Of a DNA stretch of 64,000 nt, positions 10,230 through 19,783 are shown in pieces. Position 1 is the stretch's first letter; every line of letters begins with the position of its first letter. A program made the position numbers and the translations under genes. The notes beneath the pieces were generated by a model that saw only the letters and a list, made by a program, of their open reading frames with translations, was not told the origin of the DNA and ran no database searches. Origin of the DNA: Rhynchopus sp. YZ270_cl-10 (lineage: Eukaryota); the NCBI GenBank assembly GCA_964035575.1, contig OZ037837.1, positions 1,488,001-1,552,000 of the forward strand, written 5' to 3'.

Positions 10230-11750
10230 TACGTCTGTTGTAGGTGATGGTGGACCCCCTTCACCACCGTCTCCGTCTACCTCTGTTCAGACAGCACCGC
10301 CACTACCAGAACACAACACCTCTCAAGAAATCGTTGCAAGAAACCCACTGCCCGCCCTCCCCCCCGCATCCACCACCACCACCCCCACCACCACTGCCAA
10401 GCAAAGCCCCTGCATCAGAGACACTCCACCGTGCAATCTTCTTCGTCGGAATCACAGTGGTGCTGTTTTGGGGTGTTGCAGGGTTGTTCCAACTGAGCCT
10501 CACCTTCCAATATTGGGTCAACAATCTGTGTTCCGAGGGGAGAGAGGGAGTGGAAGCCTGCCAGGGACTATCGTGGGGGACTCAGAGGTGTTGTTGTGTC
10601 CGTCTGCAGCGGCGTGTCGAAACGGCCTGCGGACGGGGCTGATATCGTGCAAGGCGATTACGTTGTTTGTCGCTGTTCGTGTTGATGCTGTTCTTCCATT
10701 CGGTGTCTGTGCAAAAGCCGCTGTACACCTTGGTGGCGTTGGTGGTATCGCGACACTCTGATTTGTGTACGTTGTCTCCGCAGGGTGATTGTGCATTCTA
10801 TGTGTCGCTGGCATCGTACGTTGGTCAGCTGGACCTGCTTGCATCAATAACGTGGCTTTGTATTTGCCGCTCTTTAGAGCATGTGTGCACACAAGGAATA
10901 TGAATTTCAAGTGCAAATAAGTTAGGCGGATTTTGGACCTGTGGGGCATAAGTTAGAGCTGTACCGTGGGTGACCTTCATCACCAACAGGAAGTCAACAG
11001 TGAAGACCTGAGACGGCCAGAGACTGTAGTGTGCCACCAGTGTACCCCCGATGCACATCAACGAGGAAGGGGGCTGATCGAGGTCGAGTATCACCACCAT
11101 GACCCCCGTCGTGATCTTTCGTTTGCAGAGAGTCAGCACCGCGTACGTGCATTGCATGCAGGGATGCAGAGCACACAAGAGATCTGTTTGACGTACCGCT
11201 TCTGCCTCTCCTGCCTCAGAGCCTTAAGAAGGTTCAGCGCACAACGTCCGCAGGTGACAGCACAAAGGCAACTGCAATATAAACGAAGCACATTGTGCGC
11301 AGCTTCTGCTGCTTCTCACCGAGCGTCTCAGCTCTGGTCAACGTGTTGTGGGGTTAATGCAGAACTAAACACAATGGACAACTTTTTGAAGCTTCGGTAG
11401 AGATGCATTGTTTGGCTGCACAATACAACAACAGCATCGACACATGAGTGGTGCCCTATCGGGGTTAGGGGGCACAGCAGGCTCAGAGTTTACTTCTCCA
11501 CCAGGCGCAATGTGCATCGGTGTCTACTCTTCGTACAGCGCCTATGTTGCGATGAAATGCGTGCAGTAGAAGTCCCTACTTTGACGATGTGCTTGACTGC
11601 TGTTGCAAGGCGCGCCTGGGATGGCGGGTCCGTCCTTGATTGGGATTTTTGGCGATGCGACGGTTGCGGGGAAGATACCCTACGGTGCAAAAGGGCACTT
11701 TGCAGTGTTCCCCACCCGAGGCTTGTCTTACGAATGCAGTCCTGTTGAAA
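10230..11750 (+). pseudogene. Probable degraded membrane protein / nucleotide-cyclase-like pseudogene
   Basis: Fragments in different frames: hydrophobic segments (AIFFVGITVVLFWGVAGLF; SLFVLMLFF), then FAESQHRV...QSTQEICLTYR, LPQSL, TMDNF, MCIGV and LCCDEMR. These are collinear with motifs of the intact cyclase-like gene at 31598 (QEIATCL, YLPKTC, MVDVF, NIGV, LCGDMG). Many stops and frameshifts. Confidence 0.35.
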
Positions 11751-12247
11751 TAGAAGAAAACAAATGCAGGATCAACTTTCACTTTCTTCCCTCCCCTGTC
11801 ACCCAGCAGAGGTGTTTGAGCTGATGCATCTCCGGAGCAATCCCAGCCTGTGGTGGGGTCACGTTCAACTATTTTGCAGCTTCGATAAGGTTGCATTTTT
11901 TTGGTATGATTACATGCAATGCCAACAGCAAATTGAACACCGTATCCTACCCCCATCCTTTTTCCATTTTTCTAATCCGGTGGCGGGTTGGAGTAGACTC
12001 CCTTTTGTCTTGATTGTTTTTATTGCTTTATTGTTTGTGGGGGTGGGGGGAAAACATAAAAAGGAAAAGTAGGGTGCGGTTTCAATTTCTGCACTAAGCC
12101 ATCGGGATTCCCTCGAAATGGGTGTCGAGGTGATGTTGCTGACGCAACTAGGATTCTTCTTGTCTTCTCCTTCTTCCCACACCACACAAACAGGGATAAC
12201 ACACCAACCTTTGTGAACAAACACACAACATATTTTGTTTCAGGAAG

Positions 12248-15200
12248 ATGGGATCCGGAGCGTCGAAGCCTGAAAAGGACGAGATTGCAAAGGGAATTAC
12301 TGGGAAGGAGAGGCCCGTGGACGCAGTGGACAGCGCGGACGGGAGGACAATGCTGCACAGTGCCGTGCTTGCGGGGGACGTGGAGGCAGTGCGATTTCTT
12401 GTGGAGAACGGGGCACGGAACGTGCGTGACAGGGACGGGAAGGTGCCGCTGTGGTACGCACTGCAGCACAGAGACGCGGATGTGCGGGGCCGACTTGAGG
12501 CGGAGCTGGGGGCGCATGCAGCAGAGATCCTTGGTGAGGTGGAGGATGCTGTGCAGGTGTACCTCACTGACGGTGTCGCCACAACAACAACAGCAACAAC
12601 AAGAACAGGTGTGGCGGTGGAACGGAGCAGTGGAGATGCAACGACAGCACCTCTTACTGACCCTCACATGGACATGGCGAAAGACACGAACACCTCGACT
12701 GGAGACAGGCACCTGGGAGAGGACGATCTTGACGGGGACACAGGTGCACTGTGGCACACAGACGGACGGAAGGTGGAGTGGCTGCGGAAGACAGAGGACG
12801 ACAGCAACAAGAACAGCAGTGGAGGTGAAGACCTGCTGTGCTGGCTGCGTGGTCTTCCTAAGGTGGATCCGCCGTTGGGCTATACAAATGAACACGTGCG
12901 GCACATGGAGGCGGGGTTCCGTGTGGTGTGCAAGCGTCTGCTGGAGGACATGAGAGGACGGAGGGAGGCTGCGGGGACACATGGTGGACACGTGGAGGTG
13001 GAGGACTGGATGGCGGCACGCGACCCGTTTGAGCTGCTGCTGTCGGGGTTCCTGTTCACGTCTGACTGCGTGGAGTATGTGCTGGACAGCGGCGGGGATG
13101 TTGTGTGCGACGAAAAGGGCACACCGCAGATTGCGAAAGGGCCTGACGGGAAGCTGCGGTACATCAAACTGACGGAGCGGGCTGTGCTGGACAACCACGG
13201 GAGTGCTGCTGATGTGAAATCACAGTCGCTTGCGCTGTACATGACGATGAACACTGCGATGCGTGCTGTGGGTCAGCTGGCTGCGGTGAAGGAGTGGAAG
13301 GGGACACCTGAGAAGACAGCACCGAACGTGTTTGAGCTGTCGCCCGCACCCCCGCAGCTGCACGTGATTGCGACCTTTGCGCCGCTGATCTGTGGTCTGG
13401 ACCGGCTGATTGGGAGCCGTCGGAAGCAGCTGCGGACTGTGTTCCGCGGGATCAATGTGAACGTGTCTGCGAAGTACGCGCTGAATACACACATTGTGTG
13501 GAACTGCTTCACGTCGACAACACTGAAGCGGGATGTGGCTCGGAGCTTCATGTACGGGAAGGGTGGCACGTTCTTTGTGGTGGTGGCGAAGGAGGGTGCT
13601 GCAGACGTGAAGTTCTCGTCTGTGTATGCTTCGGAGGACGAGCTGCTGTACACAGCGAACATTGAGTACCGTGTGCAGTGGAAGCTTTCGCCGACGTTGC
13701 TGCGGATGATGGGGCTGCGCTTTGACGTGATTGTGATGCAGGAGGTGTGTTCTGGTGTGGGTAAGGGTGTGGGTGAGACGAGTGCGGCTGAGCAGGTGGG
13801 CGCGCTGCAGGAGGTGATGGGACACACAGTCGCGTTCTTCAAGGACTACCTTGCGCAGTACGTGGAGGGGCGTGTGGGGGACGACACACGTGTGGATGAG
13901 TCGGAGACACGTCCGCTGATGGAGGAGGTGCGGAGGTGGCTTCGTGCACGTGGAGGTGGAGGTGGAGGTGGGAAGCAGATGTCTTCCGTGTGCACACAGG
14001 CAGCAGCGGGCACAGAGCGCAAGCCTGGTGTGGAGGCGAGAGAAGAAAGTCAAGGGACGTGTGGTGTGCTGTGTGTGATCGGAGAAGGAGGGAGCGGGAA
14101 GACGTCTGCTTCGATTGCAATTCTGAGCGACCTTGCAACGTCTGCGAGGAAGAGCGAAAGCACCAGCAACGAAGACACAACGACAAACACAAACCGAAAC
14201 AGAAACAGCGTGGTGAGTGATGTGACTGCGGATGCGAAGCCGTACTTCCCTGTGTTTGTGGCGCTCCCGACTGTGAAGCAGCACCTGCTTAAGAAGGGAG
14301 GGTTGGACAGGTTTGTGCTGGAGTCGTTTGCGCTGCGGGAGGCGGACTGTGCGTTCCTTGCGGAGACGTACAAGGTGGTGCTGGTGCTGGACTCGCTGGA
14401 CGAGGTGGGGCTGACGCAGGAGGATGTGGGTGCTGTGGTGGCTGAGGGTGGCCTTCTGTGCCGGCATCCGTGGGTGGAGGCACACTGCAGCGTTGTTGTG
14501 ACTGTGCGTGGTGAGTACCTGAAGGGTGTGGACACGTCCCCGTCAGGTGTGTGCGGTGCTGGTGTATGTGCTGTGTACATGCAGCCGTTCACAGAGGTGG
14601 ATGCGAGAACGTACATCAAGCGTGCAAACACAGCCTGGGAGAAGGAGTACAAAGAGGAGAAGGAGAAGGAGAAGTCCCACAAGGAGGAGCGCACAGTCTT
14701 CGTGCGTGAGGAGGACATTGAGGGACTTGTGCAGCTGCGGAACCCGTTTGTGCTGCACATGGCGTGCCACGCGCAGTGCAGCGGGAAGGCTTCTGAGGAG
14801 GTGATCTACGAGACCTACCTGAAGACGTGGACGAAGAAGGAGATGGCGTCTGGTGGAGTTGCTGTTGCTGTTTCGGATGTGTCTTTGGAGGATGTGGTGC
14901 GTGCAGGGGAGCTTGTTGCATGCAGGATGCTGGAGACAAACGAGTGGCAGGGGACTGTGGGTGTGGCGTCGGAGGTTCTTGATTCGCAGCACGGTGTGTG
15001 TGAGGCTGTGCGGGATGTGTGCTTCCGCTGTCTGCCGTTCCGGATTGAGGACTTTGGGGAGGAGCGGAGTGCGTTCACGTTCCGGCACAAGTCGCTTGGG
15101 GAGCACCTTGCAGCACGGCGGCTTGCACGTGATCCAGCAGGGACACTGGGGACGCTGGTGCAGCGGAGCTTCAGCAAGGACTCGCAGCGTGTGCTTGGGT

Positions 15201-17470
15201 TCTTTGCGGCGCTGGTTTGTGGAGACAGTGGTCTGTACGAACGTGCCTGCACAGAGCTGCTTGCGGCTGTGAAGGCGACACGTGGCAGTTCAGGTAAAGA
15301 TGGTGGTGGGGAGGGTGCTGTGACAGCAGGGTCGAATGCAGCAGCACTGCTGGCACGTGCACGCATCCCTGTGAGTGGAGAGGACCTGAGCGGGATCCGT
15401 TTGTCGAACTGCGACCTGCGCGGGTCTCTGTTTGTGGAGACTGCGCTGACGGGCGCTTCCTTCTCGAACTGCTGGCTGGAGCACACTGAGTTCAACACCT
15501 GCGACATGGGTGGCACGATGCTGCCTGACTGCTCCCTTGGCACACCACTTCCTGTACTGCAGCATCTTGCGCATGATGTAACAGTCACACCTGATGGCAG
15601 TCAAATCGTAACAACTAGCGGTGGTGTATATGTGTGGAGCATGTCTTCTGGGGAAGAAGTGATGGTCTTGAAAGTACCATGTCACCGCACTTCTGGGGTT
15701 GCAGTAACACCTGACGGAACCCGCGTGGTTTCGTGTCTCACTGACAAAACTGTGCGTGTGTGGGATATGCACACTGGGGAGGCAGTGTTCGTCTTGGAAG
15801 GCCACGATGCTGAGGTGCTCGAAGTGGCAGTCACTCCCGACAGTTCTAAAGCTGTTTCAACTTCTTTTCGAGACGGCATCCGTGTGTGGGATCTCTCGAC
15901 GGGGATGGAAGTGCTGTCAATGAAGTCGCCTGGCATTCGCAGCATGGTTATTACCAAGGATGGAAGTCAAATAGTGACATGCTCTGAGAAGGTACTGTGC
16001 GTATGGGATCTGGTCACGGGGAAGCAGGAGAGGCAGTGGCCTTGCTGTGTGCTGTTTTCGTCTTTGCATGCACTGGCAGTCACTCCCGATGGACGCCATG
16101 TTGTTTCGTGCTCTTTTGGCGCACATCTTTGGAACCTCTCCACTGGTGCAAAGGTGATGGTGTTCCATACCGACGCTGTGTTGTCAGCAGTGGCAGTCAC
16201 TCCCGATGGATGTCTCGTGGTTGCTGGATCCCAGAGCGGCAATGTGCACGTTTGGAGCATTTCGACTGGGAAGGAGGTGACGGTGTTGCAAGGGCATACT
16301 CGTAATGTAGAAGCAGTGTCAGTATCACCAGATGGATGCCACGTGGTTTCTTGCTCATCCGACCGTACTGTTCGTGTGTGGAATATCACGAACGGGAAGG
16401 AGACACCAGATTTCAAAGGACTCTCAGGCCGGTCTGTGGCAGTGGATCCTGATGGATCTATCATTTCGTACGGTGGCAAGAGGAACTCTATCTGGAACGC
16501 ATCCACCGGCAGGCGGACACAGGTAGAAGCAGGGATACATAGATCTTCTTCTGGTGATGCTGCTGCCGTGTACCCAGATGGATCTCATGTAGTTTATTTC
16601 ACTTGCGACGACGCTGGCGAAAGGAGAGCGTGTGTGTGGGACGTTGCGACGGGGAAAGTGCAGCCTTTGTGCACAGATTCCAGTGAGTTTGCGGTGTTCT
16701 TGAAACAGTGTGGAACACTGCATTCCTTAGCAGTGTCTCCCGATGCATCTCACGTGGTGACCGGTTCAGAGTTTTCAGCGTATGTGTGGAGCATGCCGAC
16801 TGGGAAGAAGGTGTCAGAATATACAACTTGCTATTCGAGCGGACTAAAAGGAGTGGTTGTGGCTCCTGATGGAGTGCATGTGGTTTCGTGCTATATTGAT
16901 TCCACCGTACACATGTGGAAACTTCACACAGGAGAAGAGACGATGGTGTTCAAAGGACATCATGATGGTGTCTCGTACGTGACCGTTACTCGCGATGGAT
17001 CTCGTCTTGTTTCATGCTTCTCTCGCGACATAAGGGTGCGTGTGTGGGATGTTGCCAGCGGGAAGGAGGTCTTCACCTTGAAGGATGATAGTTACGTGTA
17101 CGGAGTGGACAGAGTGGCACTGACACCTGATGGAGCTCACGTGGTGTCGATTACGGCGTCAGTGAGTACGGCGGGCAGTGTGAGTGTGTGGAGCATGACC
17201 ACTGGTGAGAAGGTTGCAGAGATCAGGGGTTATTGTGATTTGTACAGCCTTGCTGTGAGCCCTGATGGACGCGAAGTGATCTGTGCTTGCGAGTTCAGCA
17301 TTGTGCGTGTGTGGACCATCTGCACTGGGGAAGACGGCACGGTTGATGGGTTGCGGCTGAAGAGAGTGATCGGTGTCCCTCCAACAGTTCCTCGTGCAGT
17401 TGGCTGTCGCAATGCTGATGCTGTGGAACCTGAACTTGCGAGACGAATTCTTTGCGAAGTCAAGAAGTGA
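12248..17470 (+). CDS. NLR/STAND-like protein A: myristoylation motif - ankyrin - ADP-ribosyltransferase (R-S-E) - NACHT - pentapeptide repeats - WD40
   Basis: MGSGAS start. Ankyrin GRTMLHSAVLAGDVEAVRFLVENGA. ART motifs VFRG (R400), FTSTT (S423), SEDE (E463-x-E465). Walker A GEGGSGKT at 14081; Walker B VLVLDSLDE; NPF; winged helix FRHKSLGEHLAA. Pentapeptide LSGIRLSNCDLRGSLF.... Many VAVTPDG...VRVWD repeats. Confidence 0.9.
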   Translation: MGSGASKPEKDEIAKGITGKERPVDAVDSADGRTMLHSAVLAGDVEAVRFLVENGARNVRDRDGKVPLWYALQHRDADVRGRLEAELGAHAAEILGEVEDAVQVYLTDGVATTTTATTRTGVAVERSSGDATTAPLTDPHMDMAKDTNTSTGDRHLGEDDLDGDTGALWHTDGRKVEWLRKTEDDSNKNSSGGEDLLCWLRGLPKVDPPLGYTNEHVRHMEAGFRVVCKRLLEDMRGRREAAGTHGGHVEVEDWMAARDPFELLLSGFLFTSDCVEYVLDSGGDVVCDEKGTPQIAKGPDGKLRYIKLTERAVLDNHGSAADVKSQSLALYMTMNTAMRAVGQLAAVKEWKGTPEKTAPNVFELSPAPPQLHVIATFAPLICGLDRLIGSRRKQLRTVFRGINVNVSAKYALNTHIVWNCFTSTTLKRDVARSFMYGKGGTFFVVVAKEGAADVKFSSVYASEDELLYTANIEYRVQWKLSPTLLRMMGLRFDVIVMQEVCSGVGKGVGETSAAEQVGALQEVMGHTVAFFKDYLAQYVEGRVGDDTRVDESETRPLMEEVRRWLRARGGGGGGGKQMSSVCTQAAAGTERKPGVEAREESQGTCGVLCVIGEGGSGKTSASIAILSDLATSARKSESTSNEDTTTNTNRNRNSVVSDVTADAKPYFPVFVALPTVKQHLLKKGGLDRFVLESFALREADCAFLAETYKVVLVLDSLDEVGLTQEDVGAVVAEGGLLCRHPWVEAHCSVVVTVRGEYLKGVDTSPSGVCGAGVCAVYMQPFTEVDARTYIKRANTAWEKEYKEEKEKEKSHKEERTVFVREEDIEGLVQLRNPFVLHMACHAQCSGKASEEVIYETYLKTWTKKEMASGGVAVAVSDVSLEDVVRAGELVACRMLETNEWQGTVGVASEVLDSQHGVCEAVRDVCFRCLPFRIEDFGEERSAFTFRHKSLGEHLAARRLARDPAGTLGTLVQRSFSKDSQRVLGFFAALVCGDSGLYERACTELLAAVKATRGSSGKDGGGEGAVTAGSNAAALLARARIPVSGEDLSGIRLSNCDLRGSLFVETALTGASFSNCWLEHTEFNTCDMGGTMLPDCSLGTPLPVLQHLAHDVTVTPDGSQIVTTSGGVYVWSMSSGEEVMVLKVPCHRTSGVAVTPDGTRVVSCLTDKTVRVWDMHTGEAVFVLEGHDAEVLEVAVTPDSSKAVSTSFRDGIRVWDLSTGMEVLSMKSPGIRSMVITKDGSQIVTCSEKVLCVWDLVTGKQERQWPCCVLFSSLHALAVTPDGRHVVSCSFGAHLWNLSTGAKVMVFHTDAVLSAVAVTPDGCLVVAGSQSGNVHVWSISTGKEVTVLQGHTRNVEAVSVSPDGCHVVSCSSDRTVRVWNITNGKETPDFKGLSGRSVAVDPDGSIISYGGKRNSIWNASTGRRTQVEAGIHRSSSGDAAAVYPDGSHVVYFTCDDAGERRACVWDVATGKVQPLCTDSSEFAVFLKQCGTLHSLAVSPDASHVVTGSEFSAYVWSMPTGKKVSEYTTCYSSGLKGVVVAPDGVHVVSCYIDSTVHMWKLHTGEETMVFKGHHDGVSYVTVTRDGSRLVSCFSRDIRVRVWDVASGKEVFTLKDDSYVYGVDRVALTPDGAHVVSITASVSTAGSVSVWSMTTGEKVAEIRGYCDLYSLAVSPDGREVICACEFSIVRVWTICTGEDGTVDGLRLKRVIGVPPTVPRAVGCRNADAVEPELARRILCEVKK

Positions 17471-17771
17471 AAACGCACTGTTCGTACTTGCTCTTTGTGT
17501 TTGCCTCTTTTCCAAGACGAATGCAGTCTGAGTGACGAGCACGAATAGTGTTGACACTGCCTCGTGCGGTGGTGCCCTCACGCCACTGCGGGTGCGTTGT
17601 GCGAGGACAGAAGAGCGGCATATTCACACATCTTTTCCAAGATGTGTTGCGATTACACATGTGCTTTTACCACTTGGTTTTTGGAGTGTCACACACTGCC
17701 ACTTCCACATATTCATTTCCGACTTTGCTTTTCCCTGGAGTTTGGGTCTCTTGCTGTTTCGTTTTTCCCCA

Positions 17772-17948
17772 CAACACCAAAACCAACAGGTCTGAGGCCA
17801 AAGGGGGCCGGGGTTTATCTTAGTTTCAGGGTCTTTTTATTTATCCATTTTCTTGTTTCTCCTAACTCCCTTTTTGTTGACATCCACTCCTTCATTCTAC
17901 CTACCCTTCTTCTTCCTCTCCTCTCCTTTTCTCTCTTTTTTAATTTTA
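17772..17948 (+). repeat. ~180-bp direct repeat, right copy
   Basis: Matches 9971-10149. Confidence 0.9.
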
Positions 17949-17987
17949 CACCTCGTCCCGAGTTTTTGTCCGAGAGTAGACGGTTAC

Positions 17988-18092
17988 TCCACCAAATAAA
18001 TCGAGCAAAAATATGGTGAACTCAGCAGAGCCCGGTTTTAAAAGTGCTAAAAACGACCTTTTCGTTTTGACGCATTGTGAGTTCCTCAAATG
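17988..18092 (+). repeat. ~105-bp dispersed repeat
   Basis: ATATGGTGAACTCAGCAGAGCCCGGTTT...CATTGTGAGTTCCTCAAA recurs at ~28404-28512. Confidence 0.75.
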
Positions 18093-18306
18093 CAATTTTG
18101 AAGGGTAAAAATTGGGGTTTTCTAAGCACAGAAAGTGTTGCTCTGTGACGGTCATTTGCGGAGACTGCAGCGCGGCAGCAACACAAGACGCGCTCCTCTC
18201 AGAGTCTTCCTCATCCCCTCCCTCCAGTGTCTGCTCCTCCCCTGACCTGCCGTAAACATATCACATCACAGTGCGTTGAACACAAAAGATCCTGATACAG
18301 AAAACA

Positions 18307-19431
18307 ATGGATGTGACCTTTGTGCTGGAAGAGTCAGGCGTGACTGTGACAGTGGAGGTGCCGTGCGAGGCGGACGTTGCAGCGGCAAAGGAGGTTGCGT
18401 GCACGGCGCTTGCTGTCTCGCCTGCGTCTGTCGAGATGCGCATCGGCACGCAGGTGCTGGAGGGGACGTGCCGTCTGCAGGACACTGTGTTTGATGCAGG
18501 GGTGCAGGTTGTGCTTGCCCGCCCTCGCTTTGCCGACATCAAGTGTCCTGCTGAGTACAGTGTAACGCATATGGGAGACTTGACGCTGTCACGTTGTGGA
18601 ACGCTCTGCGTCTATAGTAGCAGGTGTGGCTATGTTCAACATGATGTTGGCGGCTTCGACACAGAAACCTTTGACACTGTCTTCTCGTTCAAAGTGGGCG
18701 CATGCGAAGCAGTTGTTGCGCCTGCCATCTCGCACTGCAAGACACGCTGCTACCTGGCGTGTGAGGATTGCCTTCTCGTGGTTGCGCTTCCGGGTGGGGA
18801 GGTGGTCCGCAAAGTCGACGTCCCCTCGTACGACGTGTTCGCGGGTGGCAGTGTTGTTGTCTCGAAGGGCAAAGACGGTGTCTCTGTGTACGACGAAGAG
18901 CTGACGTTGCTCCGCACTCTCCCGCACGAAGGGTGCTGGGATGTGGCAATGTCGGACTGTGGTGGGTGGGTGATCACCTCCTCCCACCTTCAGAAGGAGG
19001 CACGTCTGTGGGATGTGAACAGAGGTGAAGCTGTGGCATGTGTGCCTGTGGGATGGCGGTACGGAGTGGCGCTTTCACGATCTGCTTCTGTCTTTGCTGT
19101 GCCGGGCTCTAACACCGTGCAGCTCTATGATTGGAGTGGTGCGGCACTTCGCAGTGTTGATGTGGGTGAGAATACTATCGGGCGCATGCGGTTCACCCCG
19201 TGTGGGAAGTACCTTGTGTCCCACGAAGACTACAATGACCACAAGACATACCTGCACCAGTACGATGTGGCGACCATGTCCTGTGTGCGTGTATTCTCAG
19301 AGCCCTCTGCATTTTCATTTACGATATCGCCGTGTTCACGCGTTGTCGTGGCTCTACAACCATATGGGGGCATTGTGACACGGCATCTGTACCCACACAA
19401 CAGTGAGTGCGGAGGGGAGGCAGAGGAGTGA
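18307..19431 (+). CDS. UBL + WD40-like protein, copy 6
   Basis: Paralogue, closest to copy 5 including downstream flank. Confidence 0.8.
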   Translation: MDVTFVLEESGVTVTVEVPCEADVAAAKEVACTALAVSPASVEMRIGTQVLEGTCRLQDTVFDAGVQVVLARPRFADIKCPAEYSVTHMGDLTLSRCGTLCVYSSRCGYVQHDVGGFDTETFDTVFSFKVGACEAVVAPAISHCKTRCYLACEDCLLVVALPGGEVVRKVDVPSYDVFAGGSVVVSKGKDGVSVYDEELTLLRTLPHEGCWDVAMSDCGGWVITSSHLQKEARLWDVNRGEAVACVPVGWRYGVALSRSASVFAVPGSNTVQLYDWSGAALRSVDVGENTIGRMRFTPCGKYLVSHEDYNDHKTYLHQYDVATMSCVRVFSEPSAFSFTISPCSRVVVALQPYGGIVTRHLYPHNSECGGEAEE

Positions 19432-19783
19432 TGAATGTATCCCAGGGTCCCAACAACCCAGACCCTCAAACACACCCCCCCACTCCCTTCAGCCCTTTGC
19501 CTTTTTTCTCTTGTTTTCCAGCCATAGTTCGCCCACCTCACACGCTGCCCATGCGTCTCTTAAATTTCTTCAATTTTTGTTCAAATATACCCCCTCTAGC
19601 TCTGCTCTTCTGGCCTTTCCGTCCACCCTCCCCTCAAGTCCCCGAAAAATACCAGAATTTAACTCTTCTACTTTATCAAATCAACCCCCTCTCGTCCCCC
19701 CTCTGCAACCCCCCCCACCCCACGCCCTCCTTCCAGGTGCATATTTCTTTCTCCTCCTCCTCCCCACCCCCCACCCCTCCACC

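Noticed and set aside
12020..15588. Long minus-strand ORFs (392, 421, 257 aa, and equivalents opposite the other paralogues)
   Set aside because: Antisense shadows of GTG/GAG-rich + strand genes; His/Pro/Leu-rich with no motifs.
216..19431. Diversity-generating retroelement as the cause of repeat-domain variability
   Set aside because: No reverse transcriptase or template repeat in the window; differences involve all four bases and indels, not adenine-specific changes.
19403..19783. N-terminal extensions in the ORF track (also 162, 1432, 4598, 39675, 55168)
   Set aside because: They begin at non-ATG codons in low-complexity or pyrimidine-rich intergenic DNA; paralogue comparison supports the downstream ATGs.
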